Part shown: piece after piece, positions 1-11,316 of the stretch | Layout of the letters: every line of letters begins with the position of its first letter | Numbering within the stretch: position 1 is the first letter of the stretch | Assembly (NCBI GenBank): GCA_964016885.1 | Contig: OZ024762.1 | Location: 4,712,001 to 4,776,000, forward strand | Direction of reading: 5' to 3' | DNA: 64,000 nt | Source: Eledone cirrhosa | Lineage: Eukaryota | Notes under the pieces: model-generated | The model's input: the letters and a program-made list of their open reading frames with translations, nothing else | Database searches by the model: none | Told to the model about the DNA's origin: nothing | Program-made: the position numbers and the translations under genes

Positions 1-183
1 ACCATAGGAACATACCCACAAGCACCCACTCAACCTTCCCCTGTTGCCATAGGAAAGTACCCACGACAAGCACCCTTAGCCCCTGTAACCATAGGAACAT
101 ACCCACGACAAGCACCCTTACCCCCTGTAACCGTAGGAACATACCCACGACAAGCACCCTTACCCCCTGTAACCATGGGAACA
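1..183. repeat. 39-bp minisatellite (runs off the left edge)
   Basis: Unit approx. GGAACATACCCACGACAAGCACCCTTACCCCCTGTAACC, about 4.5 copies, directly after the exon 36 donor. Confidence 0.9.
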
Positions 184-191
184 TGACATAC

Positions 192-271
192 CTGTTGTTT
201 ATTGCCCTTCTTTGTCATCAGTACAAACTTGATGGTATCGTTATGATCAATGTTATTCTGAGGGAAGGTAA
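192..271 (-). CDS. UPF2: UPF2 coding exon 36 (TFPQNNIDHNDTIKFVLMTKKGNKQQ), UPF1-binding beta-hairpin start
   Basis: F...T.KGNKQQ motif; the acceptor TTGTCAG| at 271 gives the required phase 1; donor CAG|GTATGT. Confidence 0.93.
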
Positions 272-313
272 CTGACAACAAATACAAACATCATTAGTTT
301 CATTTCAGGCACA

Positions 314-314
<1 letters not shown>

Positions 315-377
<63 letters not shown>

Positions 378-429
378 ATGTGTGTGTGTATGCATATGTG
401 AAACAAACAACATTAATTTCATTACAGAC

Positions 430-495
<66 letters not shown>
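315..495. repeat. (TG)n and (TA)n microsatellites
   Basis: Direct inspection. Confidence 0.95.
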
Positions 496-496
<1 letters not shown>

Positions 497-498
<2 letters not shown>

Positions 499-823
499 GG
501 CTTAGTGGTTAGAGCATTGGGCTTGCAATCGAAAGGTTGTGAGTTCAATTCTCAGACCGGGTGATGTGTTGTTTCCTTGAGCAAGACACTTTATTTCACA
601 TTGCTCCAGTTTACTCAGCTGTAGAAATGAGATGATAGGGACTGGGGTCCCTATCATTCCACTGCAAAGTGGTCGTGGAGGTGCCATGGCAAAAAAGCAC
701 CCAGCACTCACTGTAAATGAGGTTGGTGTTAGGAAGGGCATCCAGCTGTAGAAATCAAGCCAGAATCAGTTCCCGTCCCACCCTTGCAAGCAGGGAAAAG
801 CGGACGTAAAATGAAATGATGAT
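497..823 (+). mobile_element. tRNA-derived CORE-type SINE, composite subfamily
   Basis: A box TGGCTTAGTGG, B box GAGTTCAATTC, MIR-CORE-like TCCTTGAGCAAGACACTT...CAGCTGTAGAAATG, 11-bp hairpin at 632-657, one 48-bp unit and a GGACGTAAAATG (ATG)n tail. Near-identical inverted copies at 11371-11681 and 41825-42052. Confidence 0.85.
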
Positions 824-829
824 ATATGC

Positions 830-1620
830 ATGTGTGAGTGTGAGTATGTGTGTGTGTGTATGTGAGTGTGTGTATATGCATGTGAGAATGTATGTGTTAC
901 TGTATGTATGTATGTATGTGTATCTGTCTGAGTGAGTGTATGTGAGTGTGTGTATGTATGTGTGTTTGTCTGAGTGTATATATGTGAGAGAGTGTGTGTG
1001 TATATGTATGAGTGTGTGTGTGTATATGTATGTATGTGCATCTGTATGGGTGTGTATATGTGAGAGAGAGTGGGTCTATGTGTGTGTGTGTTATGTGTGT
1101 AAGTATGTGTGTCCGTGAGTGTGTGTATGTATGTGTGAGTGTGTGGGTATATGTGTGACTGTGCGTGTATGTATGTGTGTCTGCCCGAGTATGTATATAT
1201 GAGTGTGTGTGCGTGTATGTATGTGTGTATGCCCGAGTATGTATATATGAGTGTGTGTGCGTGTATGTTTGTGTGTCTGCCCGAGTATGTATATATGAGT
1301 GTGTGTGCGTGTATGTATGTGTGTCTGCCCGAGTATGTATATATGAGTGTGTGTGCGTGTATGTATGTGTGTCTGCCCGAGTATGTATATATGAGTGTGT
1401 GTGCGTGTATGTATGTGTGTCTGCCCGAGTATGTATATATGAGTGTGTGTACGTGTATGTATGTGTGTCTGCCCGAGTATGTATATATGAGTGTGTGTGC
1501 GTGTATGTATGTGTGTCTGCCCGAGTATGTATATATGAGTGTGTGTGCGTGTATGTATGTGTGTCTGCCCGAGTGTGTATATATGAGTGTGTGTGCGTGT
1601 ATGTTTGTATATGTGAATAT
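830..1620. repeat. Complex TG/TA microsatellite with a 48-bp higher-order unit (about 1160-1600)
   Basis: Unit GTGCGTGTATGTATGTGTGTCTGCCCGAGTATGTATATATGAGTGTGT, about 9 copies. Confidence 0.92.
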
Positions 1621-1642
1621 ATATGTAGCATAAAATACTTAC

Positions 1643-1724
1643 ATTGCTTGCGCACCTGTCCCCTCAGGTGCATTGGAACAGCAATGTCCAACTGTGGCAC
1701 CTTCAATGACTCTTGTGATCTGGC
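1643..1724 (-). CDS. UPF2: UPF2 coding exon 35 (ARSQESLKVPQLDIAVPMHLRGQVRKQ)
   Basis: RS.ES.KV.QLD.A.P.HL motif; TTGCAG| and T|GTAAGT; phase 0-1. Confidence 0.95.
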
Positions 1725-2501
1725 CTGCAAGTAACAACAATGTCACAAAACATTTACACAAATATGGAGGAACATCATCATCAGCATCATTAGACATCCA
1801 TTTTCCCAGCTAGCATGGGTTGGAAGGGCCATCGCAAACCAAGTCAGTACTTAATTGAGGTCAATGACATCTAAGATGGGCCAGAGTTTGAGATTGGAAC
1901 CTGGTGGAGCTCATCCCTCGCCAGGTCGGAACAGCTGATTTCTTCCCAAGAAACACAGAGAGAGAGGAAGAACCACTGTATTGAACTGGTATTTTATTTA
2001 TCAAAGGTAAAGTTGACCTTGGTCGGATTAGAGAGTCAGAACAAATATTACAAAGTATTCTGTAGGACGTTCTAACATCTCTGCCAGTTCATTGCCTTAG
2101 CATGCTGTGTAATACTCTGTTGCAAGCCCAGAAAGATCATCAGACCAGTGCTTATCCTGATTTCCTCAGCTTTAACCCTTTAGCATTTAAACCAGCAGTA
2201 TCCAGCCAGAATTCTCTCACCTCTTTCTGTTCAAACTGGCCATAACCAACTGCTCATACTGATGTTAAGGTATTGCTCTCAAATAAATAATATCATAATC
2301 TCTTAGATTCGATATTATGTGAGATAAGTGACTAAAAGTAGAATACTTACCCCTGGACAGGACACCAGTCCATCACAGGGTTAACTCCAAGCTATTACAG
2401 CTGGAAACGTGAAATGAAATGTTTTGCTCAAAGACACAACACATCACCTGGCCCAGAAATCAAATCCATGAAATCATGATTCTAAGTCCAACACCTTAGC
2501 C

Positions 2502-2783
2502 CAGTATTTCTCAACTGGTGTTCCTTGGTGCCCCAGGGTTCCACAAGAGGACACAAGGAGTTCCGTAAGAAATAGTGATAAATAAGCTAATGAATTTCTG
2601 TTTAATATTTGTAATTTTACTATAGACATACAGCATATTGTTGGAAAATCCTTGGTAATAAAGGCTTCAACCTCTTATTTTATTAAAAACTAGATATTAA
2701 TAATGGTATATAATAATTTTTATGTAGGGGTTCCTTGAGACATGAAAACTACTTCAAGGGTTCCACAAGGTTGAGAAATAGTG
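2502..2783. mobile_element. hAT-like MITE inserted in a SINE head
   Basis: TIRs CAGTATTTCTCAAC / GTTGAGAAATAGTG; degenerate 8-bp flanks CCTTAGCC / CCCTAACC. Confidence 0.7.
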
Positions 2784-3028
2784 CCCTAACCAATAGGTCA
2801 CACACCTTCAGCATGCTGTATTCCTTGTATATATACAAATGATGATCTTGACCTCAAAACAAAGAACCAGAACAAATACTCAGGCATTTCTTTTACTAAA
2901 AATACAAACCTACACACCTGAAGACTAGCAGCCATCATTCTATCAATGGCAGGTAAGAAATAACAAGATACACACCTGAAGACTAGCAGCCATCATTCTA
3001 TGAAAGGTAGGCAAGAAATAACACACAC

Positions 3029-3124
3029 CTGAAGATTATCAGCCATCATTCTATCAAAGGCAGACAAGAAATCTTCATCCTCAGTGCATTTGATATGTTT
3101 CGGTCCACCAGTCAACACTGTAAC
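3029..3124 (-). CDS. UPF2: UPF2 coding exon 34 (VTVLTGGPKHIKCTEDEDFLSAFDRMMADNLQ), UPF1-binding helix
   Basis: EDEDF...D.MM..NLQ motif; TTGTTAG| and CAG|GTGTGT. Confidence 0.95.
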
Positions 3125-3264
3125 CTAACAAATAACAATAAACAAATAAATTAAAACTAAAACCTGATGAAAAGGAAAAATGAAAGAAACCAATCTACAA
3201 ATTGGACCAAAGAAATAAACAATCTTTCCTTTGGTCTTTCCAATGTTTATTATTATTTCCATTG

Positions 3265-3455
3265 GGTAGTGGATTGGCAGTATTGGTAGAGGGTTGGACG
3301 CCAATCTTTGCAGCACAGAGTTACGGCCCTTTCCATTCTGAGTTCAAATCCTGCCGAAGTTTACTTTGCCTTTCACCCTTACGAGGTCGATAAAATAAAG
3401 TACCAGTAATGTACTGGGTAATTGCTGGCATTGTGCCAAAAGTAGAAACAATTAT
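3265..3455 (+). mobile_element. tRNA-derived SINE family B (GGATTGGCAGTATC...GAGTTCAAATCC...GTCGATAAAATAAAGTACCAG...GTAGAAACAATT)
   Basis: A/B boxes. Other copies at about 6870-7050(-), 9917-10140(+), 17455-17670(-), 36940-37125(-), 40060-40175(+), 48065-48280(-), 50168-50350(+) and 62941-63128(-). Confidence 0.85.
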
Positions 3456-3978
3456 TATTATTTCCATTGCACATCATTACTGCTTTACCGAGCACAGCTC
3501 TGTGTACCTTGGGTATGTGCAGTGTAGTTTTCAGTGATGTTTCTATTGTATTCATAGTACTTTTGGTTATATGTGTATCTTTTGTATGTTGTATATATAT
3601 ATATATATAGGTCCTGCGGTCTTATCTATGTATTTGTCTGTGTGTGTTTTTTTATCATTCATATAAAGCACTTATTATTATAGCTATTGTTCTGTTTATA
3701 TTATCCACATTCGAGCTATGACCCTGAAATATTATGTTGAGATTTTTTTGTCATGACAATAGTACAAGGCTGGCTGTTATGTCATTGACACAACTAAAGA
3801 GTCTAAGGAGTCCTCGCTACCCTTTTTGGCAGGGTTTCTACATGTGTGTACATGTCTGTGTGTTTACAATCAGTAACTTTGCAGTTCAATAAAAACATTG
3901 ATAAAATATGTAGATGGCCAAAGAAAAACAGAAACAAAACATGCAATCCATGTGATATCTGGTGTGGAATATTCTTAC

Positions 3979-4068
3979 CTGGTCTTCAGTTTCATCCTCT
4001 CCAGCAGACTCCAGAATGTCTTCTTCTTCATCTTCTTCACTATGCACACTATTAGCATAATCTTCACC
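3979..4068 (-). CDS. UPF2: UPF2 coding exon 33 (GEDYANSVHSEEDEEEDILESAGEDETEDQ)
   Basis: TTTTACTAG| and CAG|GTAAGA; acidic tract typical of UPF2. Confidence 0.9.
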
Positions 4069-4478
4069 CTAGTAAAAGAGAGAAAAGTCAAAACATTAGC
4101 ACCGAACCTCTGCCACATCTCTTCTTCCTCTTCATCATTGTTGTTTACGTCTACTTTACCATGCTGCTATGGTAAATGATGTAGGGAAAAAAGCTGAACA
4201 CCGCCGCATAACTAAAAGTGGACTAGGCGAAATGTCTATAAATAATAACTGAAGTGAACTGTCAGTTTGACTGTGTGTACGTAGTCTCTCGTAGGTAGTT
4301 TGAAATTACACCTGGTGAATACTTTGGTTTTACCCTCGTTTCATACAGATATACTAAACAGGTGTGTTACACCATTATAACAGCAAAGCAGTTCTATCCA
4401 CCCCCCACCCCACCCCCACACATAGAAAAGAATGGGCTCATCAGTTGAATCAATGACCAACAACTTCTATAGTAGTAA

Positions 4479-5453
4479 GGACAGCTCTGTCTTACCCTGG
4501 TGTGGTGAAACAAGAGGTAGCCTCAGTATATCTCTACTGGGACAGCTCTGTCTTACCCTGGTGTGGTGGAACAAGAGGTAGCCTCAGTATATCTCTACTG
4601 GGACAGCTCTGTCTTACCCTGGTGTGGTGGAACAAGAGGTAGCCTCAGTATATCTCTACTGGGACAGCTCTGTCTTACCCTGGTGTGGTGGAACAAGAGG
4701 TAGCCTCAGTATATCTCTACTGGGACAGCTCTGTCTTACCCTGGTGTGGTGGAACAAGAGGTAGCCTCAGTATATCTCTACTGGGACAGCTCTGTCTTAC
4801 CCTGGTGTGGTGGAACAAGAGGTAGCCTCAGTATATCTCTACTGGGACAGCTCTGTCTTACCCTGGTGTGGTGGAACAAGAGGTAGCCTCAGTATATCTC
4901 TACTGGGACAGCTCTGTCTTACCCTGGTGTGGTGGAACAAGAGGTAGCCTCAGTATATCTCTACTGGGACAGCTCTGTCTTACCCTGGTGTGGTGGAACA
5001 AGAGGTAGCCTCAGTATATCTCTACTGGGACAGCTCTGTCTTACCCTGGTGTGGTGGAACAAGAGGTAGCCTCAGTATATCTCTACTGGGACAGCTCTGT
5101 CTTACCCTGGTGTGGTGGAACAAGAGGTAGCCTCAGTATATCTCTACTGGGACAGCTCTGTCTTACCCTGGTGTGGTGAAACAAGAGGTAGCCTCAGTAT
5201 ATCTTTACTTACTGGGGCAGCTCTGCCTTACCCTGGTGTGGTGAAACAAGAGGTAGCCTCAGTATATCTTTACTTACTGGGGCAGCTCTGCCTTACCCTG
5301 GTGTGGTGAAACAAGAGGAAGCCTCAGTATATCTTTACTTACTGGGGCAGCTCTGCCTTACCCTGGTGTGGAGAAATGAGAGGTAGCCTCAGTATATCTC
5401 TACTGGGACAGCTCTGTCTTACCCCGGTGTGGTGAAATGAGAGGTAGCCTCAG
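4479..5453. repeat. 61-bp minisatellite, about 16 copies
   Basis: Unit GGACAGCTCTGTCTTACCCTGGTGTGGTGGAACAAGAGGTAGCCTCAGTATATCTCTACTG; variant units with a short insertion at the right end. Confidence 0.97.
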
Positions 5454-6002
5454 CAACAGATCATTTTTGTTCTGTTACTAGCTTTCAATATTGCTTAATA
5501 CAATAGAAAGTAATAAGTACTCAGACCACTGGAGCAACATGAAATAAAGTGTCTTGTTCAAAGACACAGCATCCCACCTCGTGTGGGCAGGAATCAAACT
5601 CATGACCTTACGATAGTACTAGTGCCAAAGAAAATACTCCCAATACACCCACCGTAAGTTGGTTGGTGATAGGAAGGGCATCCAGCTGTAGAAATTGTGC
5701 AGTAAAAGAAAGGGAGGACACTTCACTTGTGTCAAGGGCATGACAACCTTCCTAGTTCTAGTGTTGGTGCTGCAATGGAATGCACCTGGTGCACACTGTA
5801 GAATTGCAAGCAAGAATGGACATCAAATGATGATGATCTCAGCAAGATTTGAACTCAGAATGCAGTGAGCCAGAACAAATGCCTAAGAATATTTTTAACT
5901 GAATTAAACTTAGCAAAATTATTAATAAAAAGAAGACAATATTACAGATGAAAATTCTAACAATAACAGATTTAAAAAAAAAAAAAAGGTGGGGTTACTA
6001 AC

Positions 6003-6112
6003 ATCGTTAACTTGGCTTCCTGTACGACTCTGACTGGGGTCATCTTGGCTGGTTTCACTTTCAATAAGGTTCTCGCCATTGTTCATCTGAGAAAGGTTTT
6101 GACTCAGTTCCT
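6003..6112 (-). CDS. UPF2: UPF2 coding exon 32 (ELSQNLSQMNNGENLIESETSQDDPSQSRTGSQVND)
   Basis: TTTCTCAG| acceptor, GAT|GTTAGT donor (a weaker in-frame GT lies 9 nt earlier); phase 1-0. Confidence 0.82.
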
Positions 6113-6312
6113 CTGAGAAAGAAAGAAATGGTAAATTTAAATCTTTTCATACCAAGCTGCCTCAATCACACCTGCTTCTACAACACAAAACTATCCACAT
6201 TTAAAGTGTTTATATTTGTCTAAAATCTTTCCATCATAATTTTATGTAAGTACCTTTGTTAAGTTATGTTTCAAATACCATCTATCTGAATTCTTGAATA
6301 TTTTCAAAATAT

Positions 6313-6485
6313 TTTCATTAGAATTATGGTAATGAAAGGGTTAAACATATGCAGGGTCTTTCATTAGAAATATGGTAATGAAAGGGTTGATGACATAGGC
6401 AGGGTCTTTCATTAGAAATATGGTAATGAAAGGGTTAAACATAGGGAGTGTCTTTCATTAGAAATATGGTAATGAAAGGATTAAT
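6313..6485. repeat. Four tandem copies of a MITE terminal inverted repeat
   Basis: TTTCATTAGAAATATGGTAATGAAAGGGTTAA repeated; matches the right TIR of the element at 43231-43557. Confidence 0.8.
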
Positions 6486-6607
6486 TAATTCAATATTTCT
6501 CTAATTAGCCAATTACTGAGCTGTAGGCCTGCCACGGTTTCCCAATGTCTATAATTTAGTAATCTAGAAACTGCCAGAAAGGGTTTCTACAATGAGGTCC
6601 ATGTGAG

Positions 6608-6733
6608 GAAGAGAGGGAGGGAGGGAAGGGAAGAGAGGGAGGGAGGGAAGGGAAGAGAGGGAGGGAGGGAGGGAAGGGAAGAGAGGGAGGGAGGGAGGGA
6701 GGGAGGGAGGGAGGGAGGAAGGGGAGGAGAGGG
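6608..6733. repeat. (GGGA)n polypurine tract
   Basis: Direct inspection; G4/triplex-prone composition. Confidence 0.9.
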
Positions 6734-7201
6734 TTGATTAATGACAGTTTGTAGATTAGATCTAGAATTGATAGTCTTCCTGATAATGAACAGCAGGTTG
6801 GCATAGTAACAACAACAATTACTACCATTACTACTACTACTCATCATAATCACTGTTAATAATAATAATTGTTTCTACTTTTGGCACAAGGCCAGTAATT
6901 ACCCAGTGCATTACTGGTACTTTATTTTATCGACCCCGTAAGAATGAAAGGCAAAGTTAAACTCAGTGGGATTTGAACTCAGAATGGGAAGGGTCGTAAC
7001 TCTATGCGTCAAAGCATGGCGTCCGACCCTCTACCGATACTGCTAATCCACAGCAACAGTAACTACTACTACAACTACTACTACTACCACCACTCATCAT
7101 GATGCAAGTGTGTAAGGTCAGAATTTATCAAATCATCCCAGGTTTTTCTGGGTCTACCTACTCCGTAACTACCATCAATTTTGATCGCCCTATAACTTTT
7201 T

Positions 7202-7235
<34 letters not shown>

Positions 7236-7540
7236 ACTCCTTCCTGGACAAGACGCCAGTCCATCACAAAGTTAACTCCCAGCTACTACTAGTACTCAAT
7301 CTCAGCTGAATGTAGTATACTCAAGAAGACAACATACCACCCAGTCCAGGAATCAAACCCAGCATATTATGGTCATAAATCCAACACCTTAACCACTAGG
7401 CTACATAGCTTCACCAAGAGAGGGTGTCATGGCAATGAACAAAGGTAAAACAAATAGTATGTATAAAAAGAAGAATAAATAAAGGAAATTGTGTGAACGT
7501 ATCAAAGAAAAGTATCTTGATTATATCGTGAGAGACTTAC

Positions 7541-7630
7541 CATCACTTTCAATGATAGGACTGAAACCACACTCCTCTAAACCATTGGTTTCCATATCAT
7601 CAAGTGTATCAATAATTGGCAGTACTTCAG
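7541..7630 (-). CDS. UPF2: UPF2 coding exon 31 (EVLPIIDTLDDMETNGLEECGFSPIIESD)
   Basis: TTCCAG| and G|GTAAGT; phase 1-1; acidic region. Confidence 0.85.
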
Positions 7631-7829
7631 CTGGAAAGAAGGGCAGAGAAATATGGTTAAAGAAACAATGGCAGAATAAACTGAAACAAGATTAGGAGAG
7701 ACATGAACATGGAGGGACATAATGAGAGACTGATGAATGTTGAAAATGAATGGGAGAGGGAGAAACTACCCCCAACAGACCCAACAGGGTGACCAGCTAT
7801 TGAGGTTGACGACTATAGGGTCAAAGAAG

Positions 7830-8315
7830 CAATTAAGGAAATGAAAATTAGGTTTGTATGCAAAGTAAGTCGGGTCTTCTGTACAACTGCATGGCGCCAA
7901 AGATCTCGATCCAGTGTCATTGTCTTAGAGAGGTGTAGGTGGGCAAGGTCAGTTTTTATCACCTCATCCCAGGTTTTTCTTGGTCTACCCACTCCATAGC
8001 TTCCATCAATTTTCATTGCCCTGTACTTTTTTATACAGCTGTCGTCCTTCATACGCATCACATGTCCATACCAACGCAATCTCCTCTCCAGAACACAACA
8101 TATGATACCTCTTATGCTTAGTCTCCCTCTTAATTCGTTTATACTTCACCTTTCATACACAATACTATTACACAACCATCAGAGCATGCAAGCTTCATTT
8201 CTTTCTAATCTATGCAGGTCTTCAGCACACAATGCACAAGTCTCACTACCATGTAATATCGCTATTCGTATATATGCATCATACAATCTGCCTTTCATTT
8301 TTAGAGAAAAACCAC
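7830..8315 (-). mobile_element. RTE-type LINE 3' fragment
   Basis: LRWYGHVMRM...GRPRKTWDEVIKTDL peptide; the same family appears at 41480-41630(+). Confidence 0.85.
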
Positions 8316-8427
8316 ACTTGAAAAAAAAAAGTACTGGGGTTAATATGATCAATTAAATAATTTTAAATCAGTGCCCCAGCATAGCCACAGTCAAATGACT
8401 GAAACCAGTAAAAAAAAATTGCCTCAC

Positions 8428-8611
8428 CAATTTTGGCTTTGATCTCCTTCTCTAGGTCCTCGACAGCCTTGTATGCATCTTCGTTGCTCTCCAACAGTTT
8501 CAGTTTGGGTCGTACAGCCTCAATGGTGTCCCTCACCAAATTGTCCACATCAACTGGGAAAGGGTGATCCTCCGTCCACAGTGGAAGCTTCTTTTTGAAC
8601 CAGTAATATCT
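8428..8611 (-). CDS. UPF2: UPF2 coding exon 30 (RYYWFKKKLPLWTEDHPFPVDVD...KAKI)
   Basis: W.KK and HPFP.D motifs; TAACAG| and G|GTGAGG. Confidence 0.96.
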
Positions 8612-8753
8612 CTGTTATCAAAAAACACACACATAGAAAGAAAAACAGAAGTTTGTAAGTAAATCCCAATAAAAACAAACATATATGTATAAAATAGGAG
8701 AGACGCAATCACGACTTTCAGAAACATTTTTTCATATTCAGAGTTGCTGAAGC

Positions 8754-9061
8754 ATGGAACAAACTCCCAGCATCAGTTGTTAGCTGTCGAGACACTGCAT
8801 CCTTTAAAACCTCCATGAAACAAACACCCGACATCAGTTGTTAGCTGTCGAGACACTGCATCCTTTAAAACCTCCATGAAACAAACTCCCGGCATCAGTT
8901 GTTAGCTGTCGAGACACTGCATCCTTTAAAACCTCCATGAAACAAACTCCCGGCATCAGTTGTTAGCTGTCGAGACACTGCATCCTTTAAAACCTCCATG
9001 AAACAAACTCCCAGCATCAGTTGTTAGCTGTCGAGACACTGCATCCTTTAAAACCTCCATG
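8754..9061. repeat. 61-bp minisatellite, 5 copies
   Basis: Unit ATGAAACAAACTCCCGGCATCAGTTGTTAGCTGTCGAGACACTGCATCCTTTAAAACCTCC. Confidence 0.96.
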
Positions 9062-9276
9062 CTTCCTGAGATTTGCCAACACTACACCTAATACTCCCCC
9101 TCCATACACATGCACACATGTATATTCACTTCTCTGACATTTGTACATTATTCTATGTACTATACATGCACCTTTGATGAGTTGTAGTGCACCTGAGCAC
9201 TGCACACAATAATTTCATTATTATTATTGTAACATTTACATTACTTTATATTTACTATTGTATTTTTGTGGTTGTC

Positions 9277-9580
9277 AATAACAACAGTGACAACAACAGT
9301 GACAACAGCATCAATGACAACACAACAACAACAACAACAGCAATAATAACAGTGACAACAACAACAACAACGACAACAGCAACAATAACAGTGACAAAAA
9401 CAACAGTGACAACAGCAATAATAACACTGACAACAACAACAGTGACAACAGCAATAACAGTGACAACAACAACAGTGACAACAACAACAACAACAACAGC
9501 GACAATAACAGTGACAACAACAACAACAACAGCGACAATAACAGTGACAACAACAACAATAACAGTGACAATAGGACAAT
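9277..9580. repeat. (ACA)n-based compound microsatellite
   Basis: Direct inspection. Confidence 0.92.
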
Positions 9581-9605
9581 AAAGTGAAAGAGAATAAAGC
9601 TCTAC

Positions 9606-9745
9606 CTGGAAATATACAAGGAAATAATCGAGTTTCTTCTTGCTGGAACCCTTGTCAAAATACTGCCCACAAGTGTCCAGTAGGACACAAACCAAACGAA
9701 TGCGAAACAGGTGGTCAGGGAGATCTAATGTAGAAGGTATGTTAT
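9606..9745 (-). CDS. UPF2: UPF2 coding exon 29 (NIPSTLDLPDHLFRIRLVCVLLDTCGQYFDKGSSKKKLDYFLVYFQ)
   Basis: FRIRLVC..LDTCGQYFD motif; TTTCAG| and CAG|GTAGAG. Confidence 0.97.
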
Positions 9746-10139
9746 CTGAAATAAAACCATAACACTCTATACAGATTAAAACAGCATCAATATCAGTAGA
9801 ACTTTCTCAAAAAAGATTATTCTTCCATCATTACAGGGTCGATAAAATAAAGTACCAGTAATGCACTGGGGTAATTGCTGGCCTTGTGCCTAAAGTAGAA
9901 ACAATTATTCTCATTGAGGGCGGGTGGATTGGCAGTATCATTAGAGTGTCGAACACCGTGCTTAGCAGCCTAGAGTTATGGCCCTTTACGTTCTGGGTTC
10001 TGAGTTCAAATCCTGCCGAGGTTAACTTTCCCTTTCATCCTTTCGGGGTCGATAAAATAAAGTACCAGTAATGCACTGGGGTCGATTTAATCGACTTTCC
10101 CCTTCCCCCAAAATTGCTGGCCTGGTGCCTATAGTAGAA

Positions 10140-10330
10140 ATCCAACAGAAGGTCCAGCTGTACACATAAGCAGCAAGCTAGTAAGTAAGGCAATGAAGAA
10201 GACGAAAAGGGGTAAAGCAGAGCAACCATCAGGTATAGTTGCTGAGATGTTGAAAGCATCTGGCATGGTAGGGCACACCCTAACCACCCTTATTGTAAAC
10301 CAAATAGTACAGAATGGTGTCATTCCCATA
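10140..10330 (+). mobile_element. RTE-type LINE internal fragment
   Basis: KRGKAEQPSGIVAEMLKASG...NQIVQNGVIP resembles the KA.GP.GI..E.LK segment preceding non-LTR RT. Confidence 0.75.
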
Positions 10331-10339
10331 GTGGAGAGT

Positions 10340-10748
10340 ACCCGACCCCAAAACCGGGGTGCCACTAGGAGATGGGCTCGGTGCGGTCAACTGGCCTGTC
10401 CCTCATCATAGCAGAGCCATGTGGCACCCAACACCGAAACTGAGGGTCCGCTGTGTAAACGATTCAGCACGGCCAACTGGCCTGTCCCTTCCCCAGAGCG
10501 CTGCCCTCCAGTTCCCTTTCTGAACTATCGGCCCGCTGTGTGAAGGGTTCGGTGCGGCCAACAGGCCTGTCCCTCCGCGTAGCACAGTAGTGGGCTCCCA
10601 AATCCGGAATGTGGCCTGCTATGAGAGGGGTGCAGTGCAGCCAATTGACCTGTCCCTACTCATAGCGGTGCGACACCTGAAGTGAGGTGCCGTTGTGTGA
10701 AGGGTTCGGCACGGCCAACTGGCCTGTCCCTCCTCATAACAGAGCCAT
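10340..10748. repeat. GC-rich array of five conserved ~50-bp blocks separated by different spacers
   Basis: Core GGCCAACTGGCCTGTCCCT (with variants) at 10385, 10471, 10556, 10639 and 10713. Confidence 0.85.
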
Positions 10749-11007
10749 CCAGTTCTACACTGTAAATGTGGTTAGTGTTAGGAAGGGCTGTAAAATGCCC
10801 AGCCAAATTTATAGTCCCCGCCAGAGCAAGGGGCAACATATGGTCAAACCTGGCCAGACTTGTCTCTCGACGTGGGTGACCAGTCTAACTCCTGCAAGCA
10901 TGGAAAATGGATGTTAAACGGTGATGATGATGATACTCTGTTACATTCATGTATATATACACAGCTATATAGTGTGGTGTGTGCGTGCGTGTGTGTGCAA
11001 GACTTAC

Positions 11008-11146
11008 CTTCTAATGAGATTCCAAAAGAGATGAACGAATAAAGAACTTTAAAGATAACAGAGGATTCTACCATCCGGTAGTTGTAGAGTTCACCAAGGT
11101 ATTTAATTGCACTGACACGCCGTTGGTTGTACTTGGGATGGTTGAT
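11008..11146 (-). CDS. UPF2: UPF2 coding exon 28 (INHPKYNQRRVSAIKYLGELYNYRMVESSVIFKVLYSFISFGISLE)
   Basis: Core MIF4G-3 motif; ATCTAG| and AAG|GTAAGT. Confidence 0.97.
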
Positions 11147-11316
11147 CTAGATAAAACAACAAAACACACACAAATAATATAAATCCACATTATTTCATTC
11201 ACTGGGACGCTCCAGCCTCTTCCCACCATCTAGACATGTCTCCTCCCTCTGTTTTTGTTACCACTCCCACGATGGGGAGCTTGCTAGTCTCATATAAACT
11301 CTACCAGGGGCCACCA

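Noticed and set aside
192-257. Acceptor at 257 for exon 36
   Set aside because: Gives phase 0, but exon 35 ends in phase 1; the AG before 271 restores the frame.
10340-10748. CRISPR array
   Set aside because: Eukaryotic intron, no cas genes, repeats too long and degenerate, and the spacers are structured. Kept as a structured-repeat finding instead.
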